From positions 174,083-238,082 of the forward strand of contig CAZSOC010000001.1 in the NCBI GenBank assembly GCA_964608415.1: DNA of 64,000 bases. Direction: 5' to 3'. The position numbers were made by a program, and so were the translations under genes. Origin of the DNA: an uncultured Flavobacterium sp. GTDB taxonomy: Bacteria; Bacteroidota; Bacteroidia; Flavobacteriales; Flavobacteriaceae. Below are positions 8,502 to 16,766 of the stretch, piece by piece (positions within the stretch are counted from its first letter, which is position 1; each line of letters starts with the position of its first letter). The notes under the pieces were generated by a model that did no database searches, had not been told where the DNA came from, and worked only from the letters and a program-made list of their open reading frames with translations.

Positions 8502-10907
8502 ATGGAATCAAATATGATTTATGTGCCGTTGGTAATGGCATTAATTGGATTGGCGTTTATGGCTATCAAACGGTCCTGGGTTTTAAAACAAGATGCCGGA
8601 GATGGTAAAATGAAAGAAATCTCAGACTATATTTACGAAGGAGCCCTTGCCTTTCTTAAAGCAGAATATCGATTACTTACCTTTTTTGTTATCGGAGCCA
8701 GTATAGCTCTTGCGGGGATTTCGTATATCGTTCCAACAACACATATATTAATAGTTGTGGCTTTTGTTTTCGGAGCAATATTTTCGGCTTATGCAGGAAA
8801 TATCGGGATGAAAATCGCTACAAAAACCAATGTTCGTACTACACAGGCAGCAAGAACAAGTTTGCCTCAGGCACTTAAAGTGTCTTTTGGAGGAGGAACG
8901 GTTATGGGGCTTGGTGTGGCTGGTCTTGCGGTTTTAGGACTTACGTCATTTTTTATTATTTTCTATCGTTTCTTTATGAATGGAGCCTGGACCTCAACAG
9001 AAGATATGACTATTGTTCTGGAAACACTGGCAGGATTTTCTCTCGGGGCAGAATCTATTGCGTTGTTTGCCAGAGTAGGAGGAGGAATATATACCAAAGC
9101 GGCCGATGTAGGTGCAGATTTGGTAGGAAAAGTTGAAGCAGGAATTCCCGAAGATGACCCGCGTAATCCGGCTACAATTGCCGATAACGTGGGAGATAAT
9201 GTAGGAGACGTTGCCGGTATGGGAGCCGATTTGTTTGGGTCTTATGTTGCCACAGTTTTAGCAGCAATGGTGTTAGGAAATTATCTGATCAAAGATATGG
9301 GAGGCAATATAGTTTCAGAAGGTTTTGAAGGAATCGGGCCAATATTGTTGCCAATGGCGATTGCAGGTTTCGGAATTCTTTTCTCAATCATAGGAACAAT
9401 GGTTGTAAAAATCAAAGACAATAATGCTAAAGAAAAACAAGTACAGGGAGCATTAAATTTCGGAAACTGGATCTCTATTATTCTTACGGCAATTTCTTGC
9501 TACTTTTTGGTAGATATGTTGCTTCCTGAAAAAATGAATATGACCTTTTTTGGAGAAGGACTAAAAGAAGTTGCTTCAATCAATGTATTTTATGCTTCAC
9601 TTGTAGGTCTGGCAGTAGGAGGATTAATCTCATCAGTAACAGAATATTATACAGGATTAGGAACTAAGCCGGTTTTGGCAATTGTTCAGAAATCTTCGAC
9701 CGGAGCAGGAACCAATGTAATTGCCGGTTTGGCAACAGGAATGATTTCTACTTTTCCAACTGTATTGCTTTTTGCAGCAGCGATTTGGGGCTCGTATGCT
9801 TTGGCAGGATTTTACGGAGTAGCACTGGCAGCTTCTGCTATGATGGCTACAACGGCTATGCAATTAGCAATCGATGCATTTGGACCTATTTCAGATAATG
9901 CAGGAGGTATTGCAGAAATGAGCGAATTACCAAAAGAAGTGCGTACCCGTACCGATATTTTGGACTCGGTTGGAAATACAACTGCAGCTACAGGAAAAGG
10001 ATTTGCTATTGCTTCTGCGGCATTAACTTCATTAGCATTGTTTGCAGCGTATGTAACTTTTACCGGAATTGATGGTATTAATATATTTAAAGCTCCGGTA
10101 TTGGCAATGTTGTTTGTAGGGGGAATGATTCCGGTGGTATTTTCTGCTTTGGCAATGAATTCTGTAGGAAAAGCAGCGATGGATATGGTGTACGAAGTAC
10201 GTCGTCAGTTTAAGGAAATTCCGGGAATCATGGAAGGAACCGGAAAACCGGAATATGGAAAATGTGTAGAAATTTCTACAAAAGCAGCATTGCGTGAAAT
10301 GATGCTGCCGGGAATTTTAACGATCGGTTTTCCAATTGCTATTGTCCTGGTTGGATTATTAGTATATCCGGATAATCATCAGTTAATAGCAGAAATGCTG
10401 GGGGGTTATATGGCTGGAGTTACCGTTTCGGGAGTACTTTGGGCAGTTTTTCAGAATAATGCCGGTGGAGCTTGGGACAATGCCAAGAAATCTTTTGAAG
10501 CAGGAGTAATGATTAACGGAGAGATGACCTACAAAGGATCTGATGCACATAAAGCTGCTGTAACCGGAGATACTGTTGGAGATCCGTTCAAAGATACTTC
10601 AGGTCCTTCAATGAATATATTGATCAAATTAACTTGTTTGATAGGATTGGTTATTGCTCCGATTTTAGGAGGACATGATGCGGTTACCGTTACAGAAGAA
10701 GTAGAAGCAATCGAGATGGTGGATGCAATTGTAAAATCTGAAAGTAAAGAAATTTCAATTGACAGATCAAAAACTACAGACGGAAAAGTAACAGCCAATG
10801 TAACTATCTCTACAATAGTCGATGGTGAAGCAAAATCAGAAACCCGGTCTTTTGAAGGAACAGAAGATGAAGTAAATGAAAAAATAGAAGAATTAAAAAA
10901 GAAATAA
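8502..10907 (+). CDS. hppA: Membrane-bound ion-translocating pyrophosphatase, K+-dependent type
   Basis: DVGADLVGKVE, DNVGDNVGD and GDTVGDPFKDTSGP motifs; many TM helices; GNTTAA (Ala, not Lys) marks K+ dependence. Confidence 0.95.
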   Translation: MESNMIYVPLVMALIGLAFMAIKRSWVLKQDAGDGKMKEISDYIYEGALAFLKAEYRLLTFFVIGASIALAGISYIVPTTHILIVVAFVFGAIFSAYAGNIGMKIATKTNVRTTQAARTSLPQALKVSFGGGTVMGLGVAGLAVLGLTSFFIIFYRFFMNGAWTSTEDMTIVLETLAGFSLGAESIALFARVGGGIYTKAADVGADLVGKVEAGIPEDDPRNPATIADNVGDNVGDVAGMGADLFGSYVATVLAAMVLGNYLIKDMGGNIVSEGFEGIGPILLPMAIAGFGILFSIIGTMVVKIKDNNAKEKQVQGALNFGNWISIILTAISCYFLVDMLLPEKMNMTFFGEGLKEVASINVFYASLVGLAVGGLISSVTEYYTGLGTKPVLAIVQKSSTGAGTNVIAGLATGMISTFPTVLLFAAAIWGSYALAGFYGVALAASAMMATTAMQLAIDAFGPISDNAGGIAEMSELPKEVRTRTDILDSVGNTTAATGKGFAIASAALTSLALFAAYVTFTGIDGINIFKAPVLAMLFVGGMIPVVFSALAMNSVGKAAMDMVYEVRRQFKEIPGIMEGTGKPEYGKCVEISTKAALREMMLPGILTIGFPIAIVLVGLLVYPDNHQLIAEMLGGYMAGVTVSGVLWAVFQNNAGGAWDNAKKSFEAGVMINGEMTYKGSDAHKAAVTGDTVGDPFKDTSGPSMNILIKLTCLIGLVIAPILGGHDAVTVTEEVEAIEMVDAIVKSESKEISIDRSKTTDGKVTANVTISTIVDGEAKSETRSFEGTEDEVNEKIEELKKK

Positions 10908-10924
10908 ATTATTCTTTCTTGTAT

Positions 10925-10956
10925 AAAAAATGCCTCTCTTATCGGAGGCATTTTTT
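10925..10956. terminator. Bidirectional terminator between hppA and the deoxynucleoside kinase gene
   Basis: AAAAAATGCCTC-loop-GAGGCATTTTTT between convergent genes. Confidence 0.85.
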
Positions 10957-10978
10957 ATTTTTTAATTGGATGTTTTGT

Positions 10979-11593
10979 CTAAAATAATCCGTTTATTTCG
11001 GCATCAATACGGTTAATAATGTTTCCTAAATCTTCCGGATTATCGACAAAGTTGATATTGTCCACATCGATAATTAATAATTTTCCTTTATCATAAGTTT
11101 GCACCCAGGCTTCATATCTTTCATTCAAACGGGATAAATAATCTATCGAAATAGAATTTTCATAATCTCTGCCGCGTTTGTGAATCTGCCCGACAAGATT
11201 CGGGATCGAACTTCTCAGATAGATCAAAAGATCCGGAGCTTTAACCAGAGACTCCATTAACTCAAAAAGAGAAGAATAATTGCTGAAATCACGATTGGTC
11301 ATTAGACCCATGGCGTGCAAGTTGGGAGCAAAAATATGTGCATCTTCATAAATGGTCCTATCCTGAATAATTTTTTTGCCGCTTTCCCGAATTTGTAAAA
11401 TTTGCCTGAAACGACTGTTTAAGAAATAGATTTGTAGGTTAAAAGACCAACGTTCCATCTGATGGTAAAAATCATCTAAATAGGGATTGTCTACTACATC
11501 TTCAAAATGAGGTTCCCACTTAAAATGTTTGGCTAATAAATTGGTTAAAGTAGTTTTTCCAGCGCCAATATTTCCTGCTACTGCTATGTGCAT
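10979..11593 (-). CDS. Deoxynucleoside kinase (dNK family)
   Basis: P-loop IAVAGNIGAGKTT; EDVVDNPYL, DRTIYED and lid IHKRGRDYE motifs. Confidence 0.92.
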   Translation of the reverse strand: MHIAVAGNIGAGKTTLTNLLAKHFKWEPHFEDVVDNPYLDDFYHQMERWSFNLQIYFLNSRFRQILQIRESGKKIIQDRTIYEDAHIFAPNLHAMGLMTNRDFSNYSSLFELMESLVKAPDLLIYLRSSIPNLVGQIHKRGRDYENSISIDYLSRLNERYEAWVQTYDKGKLLIIDVDNINFVDNPEDLGNIINRIDAEINGLF

Positions 11594-12378
11594 TATGGTA
11601 TTGTTATTTTATAATTGGTAATTACTTGATTGGTAAAAATAGTCAAAATTTGTTCTTTGTAAGAAAAACTTTCAATGCTTTTCTCATTTATTTTTACTTC
11701 TAAAATAGAGTTGCTTTTTAAATCTTTCCAATACAATTGATTTTCAATTTTATATAAAATCTGATGATTCTGAATAAATAAGATCTGATCGGAATTTTCC
11801 TGTATTCCAAGTTTTGAAATTTTTCCATACAAATCGCATTGATAAAATTGATTATTTTCATCAATCCAGAAAAAGTAATTAAAATTACTGCTGTAGGTTT
11901 TAACCGCGTTATCAAACGGGGTTCCGAGTGACTTCCATTGTAAACTATTCAGATCTAAAACACCTAACCGGCGTGTGTTTTCATCAAAAACCCATATTTT
12001 GTTTTGTGCCGCCTGGCCAATGGCATCGGCAAGTAAAGCAGGATTTAATTCAGAAAAATTAATACGCTGGATTTCATTCAACTGATTGTCAAGTAATACA
12101 GCAGTATTGAAATTTTTATAAAAAACCAAAATTTTCAATGGATTTTGAATATCTACTGTAGTGATTTTACCTAAAGAAAAATTGAAGTAATCCAATTTCT
12201 TATTTTGATCAACTTTAATCAATCTATTTTTGTCTATACAATAAATAGCGTTATATTGGTCTGTGCCAATATACCGGTTTACAGTTAGGTCAACCTGGGA
12301 TAGTTTAGAAACCTGTATTTCCTGACCATTGGTTCTGGTTACGATTAAGATATAAAATATAAAAAGTAAAAATCTCAT
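11593..12378 (-). CDS. Hypothetical exported beta-rich protein
   Basis: 261-aa ORF with signal peptide ...TNGQ; short beta-strand repeats; TAATG stop/start overlap with the dNK gene. Confidence 0.7.
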   Translation of the reverse strand: MRFLLFIFYILIVTRTNGQEIQVSKLSQVDLTVNRYIGTDQYNAIYCIDKNRLIKVDQNKKLDYFNFSLGKITTVDIQNPLKILVFYKNFNTAVLLDNQLNEIQRINFSELNPALLADAIGQAAQNKIWVFDENTRRLGVLDLNSLQWKSLGTPFDNAVKTYSSNFNYFFWIDENNQFYQCDLYGKISKLGIQENSDQILFIQNHQILYKIENQLYWKDLKSNSILEVKINEKSIESFSYKEQILTIFTNQVITNYKITIP

Positions 12379-12510
12379 AATTGGCTAATTTACGGAATTC
12401 TCAAATTAACTTAGGTATAATTTTCATTATTCAATTGTGAAATCTATTTGAAATTCTTTTGTAACATTATTTAAAAAATGAAGTCATATATAAAATTAAA
12501 AACTTCCATT

Positions 12511-13386
12511 ATGAAACAATATATATTTACATTCCTGGTATTATGTCTTTCTGCTTCGGTTTTTGCCCAAAGAGATTTTCAGGGAAGAGCAGTTTACGAA
12601 TCCAAAACTTCAATGGGAGATTTTTCTAAAATGATGCCTAAAAACAGAGAAATCACCCCCGAAATGCAAAAAATGATTGAAGATCGTGTGAAGAAGATGT
12701 TAGAAAAAACATTTGTTCTTGATTTTGACCGTTCCGCATCAACTTATAAAGAAGAAGAAAAACTAGATGCAACAGGCAATAACCAAATGAACAGAATGTT
12801 TAGCTCGATGTCCGGTCTGGGCGGAGTATATTATAAAAATGTAAAAGAAAAAACATTTACAGTCGATAAAGAGTTTATGGGAAAGGAATTTCTGGTAAAA
12901 GACTCACTCTCAAATTACGATTGGAAAATGGAATCCGAAACCAAGCAGATAGGAGGTTATACCTGCTATAAAGCAACTGCTGTAAAAAAACTGGAGGCAA
13001 CAGATTTTAAAAATATGGTTCCAAAAAAAGACGCAGATTTATCTCAGGAAAAAAAAGAGGAAAAACAAACCAATTTCTTTGATAACTTTGAAGTACCATC
13101 AGAAATAATCATTACAGCTTGGTATACACCCGAAATCCCGGTAAATCAAGGACCGGGAGAATTTTGGGGATTACCCGGATTGATATTGGAAGTGAATGAC
13201 GGAAAAACAGTAATCCTTTGTTCTAAAATCGTAATGAACCCTAAGGAAAAAACCAGAATAATTGCACCAAAAAATGGTAAGGTTGTAACCCAGTCTGAAT
13301 TTGACAAAATTATGATGGATAAGATGAAAGAACTACAGGAGTCCGGACCGGGAGGAAGAGGATTTCAGATGAGAATGGGAAGATAA
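12511..13386 (+). CDS. GLPGLI family protein
   Basis: FWGLPGLILEV motif, AWYTPEIPVNQGP, signal peptide MKQYIF...VFAQ. The ATG at 12511 is preferred over the ORF-track start at 12478. Confidence 0.9.
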   Translation: MKQYIFTFLVLCLSASVFAQRDFQGRAVYESKTSMGDFSKMMPKNREITPEMQKMIEDRVKKMLEKTFVLDFDRSASTYKEEEKLDATGNNQMNRMFSSMSGLGGVYYKNVKEKTFTVDKEFMGKEFLVKDSLSNYDWKMESETKQIGGYTCYKATAVKKLEATDFKNMVPKKDADLSQEKKEEKQTNFFDNFEVPSEIIITAWYTPEIPVNQGPGEFWGLPGLILEVNDGKTVILCSKIVMNPKEKTRIIAPKNGKVVTQSEFDKIMMDKMKELQESGPGGRGFQMRMGR

Positions 13387-13389
13387 AAC

Positions 13390-14070
13390 CTAGACCAATA
13401 ATTTATAGCCTTGGCCACGAACATTTATGATATGGATGTTTGGGTCAAGGCTTAATTTTTTTCGAAGTTTTGTAATAAAAACATCCATACTTCTACCGTT
13501 GAAAAAATCGTCGTCACCCCATATTTTTTTAAGGACTATCGATCGGTCCAGGATTTCATTTTTATTTTCGTTTAAAAAATAAAGCAGTTCGGCTTCTCGA
13601 TGAGTAAGAGAAATAAGGGTGTCTGCAAATTGTAAGGTTTGTTTTGTAAGGTTGAAAACGTAGGAACCGATGAAAATATTTTCTTCTGTTTTTTCGGTAC
13701 TAATCCTGCCCAAAAGAGAATGAATCCGGACAATCAGCTCTTCCATACTGAAAGGTTTTTTCAGGTAATCGTTTCCACCTAAATTAAATCCTTCAACAAC
13801 ATCCTGAGTTTGCGATTTGGCGGTCAGGAAAATAATAGGAATTTTTTTATCGAGTTTTCGGATGTCTTTTGCTAACGAAAAACCATCTTTTTTAGGCATC
13901 ATCACATCCAGAACCAAAAGATCAGGTTTTTGTTTTGTAAAAGCTTCAAAGGTTTTTTCGCCATCTTTACAATGTACAACCTCAAAGCCTCGTGTTTCCA
14001 GGCTTTCCTTGATGATTAACGCCAATGCCGGTTCGTCTTCGGCTAAAATAATTTTGATTTTATTGGACAT
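13390..14070 (-). CDS. OmpR/PhoB-family response regulator
   Basis: AEDE, LVLDVMMP (phospho-Asp), FLTAK, DYLKKPF; winged helix LTHREAELL...SMDVFITKLRKKL...NVRGQGY. Confidence 0.93.
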   Translation of the reverse strand: MSNKIKIILAEDEPALALIIKESLETRGFEVVHCKDGEKTFEAFTKQKPDLLVLDVMMPKKDGFSLAKDIRKLDKKIPIIFLTAKSQTQDVVEGFNLGGNDYLKKPFSMEELIVRIHSLLGRISTEKTEENIFIGSYVFNLTKQTLQFADTLISLTHREAELLYFLNENKNEILDRSIVLKKIWGDDDFFNGRSMDVFITKLRKKLSLDPNIHIINVRGQGYKLLV

Positions 14071-15664
14071 CCGGCAAACTTATTTTAAAGATTGTTGTTT
14101 TTGAATTTGGAACCAATTCTAATGTTCCGTAATGTTTTTCGATAATTTTTTTAGAATAGAACAGACCTATGCCGAAACCTTTCACATCGTGCACGTTGCC
14201 TTTTGGAATACGATAGAATTTATCGAAAATCTTTTCACGTTGCGTTTTATCAATTCCGGCTCCGTTGTCTTCGATTGTGATTATGGTTTGCTTCCCGGTT
14301 TTGGATAAGCTAACGTTTATGTTGTTTCCTCCATATTTTATAGCATTATCGATCAGGTTGGAAATTGCATTTTCGAAGTGAAATACATCAACTTTACAAT
14401 CCGGATTTTCCAGATGGGTATTGAAAGTGATTTTTTTATCGGAAACCATTTGATGTTTTTCGATATTGGATCGGATCAGTTCTGTAATATTTACATTTTC
14501 TTTATTAAGAACCAATTGGTTGGTGTCGAGTGATGCAGTTTCCAGTAACTTTTCGACCATAATTTCCAGTTTTTTTAGTTGTTGTCCGGAAATGTTGAGG
14601 TAACGATTGGTTTTTTCTTTGTCGTCAGCTTCATTAAAACTCCTGATTCCTTCAATTGCAGACGATATAGTTGTTATAGGAGTCTTGAATTCGTGTGTGA
14701 TATTACTGATCAGATCGTTTTTTATTTCATCGATTTTTTTCTGCCTGTTAATGGTTTTTAGCAGATATAACAAACAAAAAATGATGGAAAGTGAGAGCAA
14801 TAATGAAAGGATAATTTCGGTAAAACTTCTTTTTAAAATTAAAATGGTTGGGTCAGAAAAGGAGATCTGTAATTTTTGATTTGGTGGCAGATAGGTCGAA
14901 TTTGAAAAAGTAGATAAAGGTAATTCTGTTTTGTTGTTGTTTTGAAATTGATCAAAAATAGTATCTTCTTTAAAATGTTGCAGACTATAATCTATCGCAA
15001 TATTTTTTCTGATAAGTTCGTTATTTACAGCTTTGCTGAGTTTGTCAAACTTTATAGAATCCTGAACCATCGAAATTATGATCCTGTTGGCAAAATCTTT
15101 TAATTTTAATAAGCTATCGGTTGCCTTTCTGCCTTTTAAAACTTTAATAGAAGAAATTTCACTGCTTTTTCCGTGAACTTCTATTTTGGATCGAACTTTT
15201 ACATATTTATTTGTTGAATCAGAGAGTCGTGCTGTAACAGAATCTTTAATTTTTTGGGGAATATCGGTTTTATTGATACCATCTGAAATTTCCGAATAGT
15301 TTATAGATAAAGCATACTTTAGTGTAGTATCCTTTGTACCGGTAAAATTGTTTTTTTTTGACAGATGTGTTTTTTTATGATTTTTGGAATTGAATTTTTT
15401 AAGAACGGTATCCAGTTTTATCTTGTTAAAGAAATTCGTATTCGAAACAGAGTCATTCTCGTCTATAAAAGCGAGGAAATCATTTTTAGAATCTTCTACA
15501 TAATAATATTCGATGCTATTGTCAAATGCGGTTTGTACTTCCTTGATGAGTTGTGCTTTGTTTTCTTTATAATTTTTGAGGTTCCAGTAAATTTGTAAAC
15601 CTATGGTTGCCAGTATAGTTATGGTAATAAAAAGTAATATGTATTTGTATTTTCCCGATTTCAT
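14060..15664 (-). CDS. Sensor histidine kinase
   Basis: Two TM segments around a periplasmic domain; H box SNITHEFKTPI, N box NLIDNAIKYG, G boxes DNGAGI and GFGIGL; overlaps the regulator by 11 bp. Confidence 0.93.
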   Translation of the reverse strand: MKSGKYKYILLFITITILATIGLQIYWNLKNYKENKAQLIKEVQTAFDNSIEYYYVEDSKNDFLAFIDENDSVSNTNFFNKIKLDTVLKKFNSKNHKKTHLSKKNNFTGTKDTTLKYALSINYSEISDGINKTDIPQKIKDSVTARLSDSTNKYVKVRSKIEVHGKSSEISSIKVLKGRKATDSLLKLKDFANRIIISMVQDSIKFDKLSKAVNNELIRKNIAIDYSLQHFKEDTIFDQFQNNNKTELPLSTFSNSTYLPPNQKLQISFSDPTILILKRSFTEIILSLLLSLSIIFCLLYLLKTINRQKKIDEIKNDLISNITHEFKTPITTISSAIEGIRSFNEADDKEKTNRYLNISGQQLKKLEIMVEKLLETASLDTNQLVLNKENVNITELIRSNIEKHQMVSDKKITFNTHLENPDCKVDVFHFENAISNLIDNAIKYGGNNINVSLSKTGKQTIITIEDNGAGIDKTQREKIFDKFYRIPKGNVHDVKGFGIGLFYSKKIIEKHYGTLELVPNSKTTIFKISLPDVQ

Positions 15665-15703
15665 TTTTCAAAAGTAAGGACTAAATGTATAAAAAAACAC
15701 ACC

Positions 15704-15729
15704 GTTAACAATCGTTAACTTTGGTTAAC
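15704..15729. promoter_or_regulatory. Three phased GTTAAC repeats, candidate response-regulator binding site
   Basis: GTTAAC starts at 15704, 15714 and 15724 (10-bp period), just upstream of a near-consensus -7 box TTAATTTG at 15752-15759. Confidence 0.6.
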
Positions 15730-15893
15730 CGAAACTAAGAATTAGAGTAGCTTAATTTGCATTGAAGTTTCGAACCGATTTCTTTTTTGAGTTAGTTATA
15801 CGGTTTAGTTAAGATTCTTCCTTCCTGTTTCGAGGATAAAGGCGTTGACGAGGAAAGCTTCTTAAAAAAGAATATTAATTTAAAATTTAGAAT

Positions 15894-16736
15894 ATGAACA
15901 GATTAATTATTAGAATAACATTGATTGTAATGTTGGTATCGACAAGAATGTTTGCGCAGGATTTTTACGGAATGGCAGTTTATGAGTCAAAAACCAATCT
16001 TCGCAACATGAAAGTTGAAAGCAAGGATATGGATGATGAGATGACTAAAAGATTAACGGAAATGATGAAGAAACAATTTGAGAAAAAGTATTTACTGAAT
16101 TTTAATAAATATGAGTCGGTTTATGAAGAGGAGCAAAAACTGGAAACGCCTTCTGCAAACTCTGGCGGATTTTCAGTTAGAGTAGAAAGTAGCGGAAATG
16201 GTGGAAAAACATATAAAAATATAAAAGAAAAAGTACAAATTGTAGAAGAAGCGTTTTTTGGAAAAGAGTTTTTAATTACAGACTCTTTGAAGATTTGGAA
16301 ATGGGAATTGAAAAATGAAACCAAAAAGATAGGAAATTACACTTGCTATAAAGCAGTTGCTATAGATCCTGTAACAGAGGAAGACTTAAAAAGATATGAA
16401 GACTTTAAGAAGCAGCAGGAAACAGCAAAAACTGCATTTTTTATAATGGATGAACCTAAAGACAGAGTAACAACGGTTTGGTATACTCCGGAAATTCCGA
16501 TAGGTCAGGGACCGGGAGGATTTTGGGGATTGCCCGGGTTAATTTTGGAAGCCAATTTTGATGAAACCGTAATTTTATGCTCCAAAATAATTCTTAATCC
16601 TAAAGATAAAATCGAAATTAAGAAGCCTAAAAAAGGAAAAAAGGTAACAAAAAAGGAATATGATAGTCTAATTGAAAAGCAATTGGAAAAGATGAAAGAT
16701 GAAAAGGGAAATATTAAAATTGAAATTAACAGATAA
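15894..16736 (+). CDS. GLPGLI family protein
   Basis: FWGLPGLILEA motif, WYTPEIPIGQGP, signal peptide ...MFAQ; clear paralog of the 12511 gene. Confidence 0.9.
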   Translation: MNRLIIRITLIVMLVSTRMFAQDFYGMAVYESKTNLRNMKVESKDMDDEMTKRLTEMMKKQFEKKYLLNFNKYESVYEEEQKLETPSANSGGFSVRVESSGNGGKTYKNIKEKVQIVEEAFFGKEFLITDSLKIWKWELKNETKKIGNYTCYKAVAIDPVTEEDLKRYEDFKKQQETAKTAFFIMDEPKDRVTTVWYTPEIPIGQGPGGFWGLPGLILEANFDETVILCSKIILNPKDKIEIKKPKKGKKVTKKEYDSLIEKQLEKMKDEKGNIKIEINR

Positions 16737-16766
16737 TTCTTTATAATCAGTACTTATATATAAAAA

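Noticed and set aside
1057-15799. Identical 15-mer TTTTGAGTTAGTTAT at 1057-1071 and 15785-15799
   Set aside because: In an AT-rich 64-kb sequence several 15-mer matches are expected by chance, and the two contexts differ (3' of a gene versus a 5' leader).
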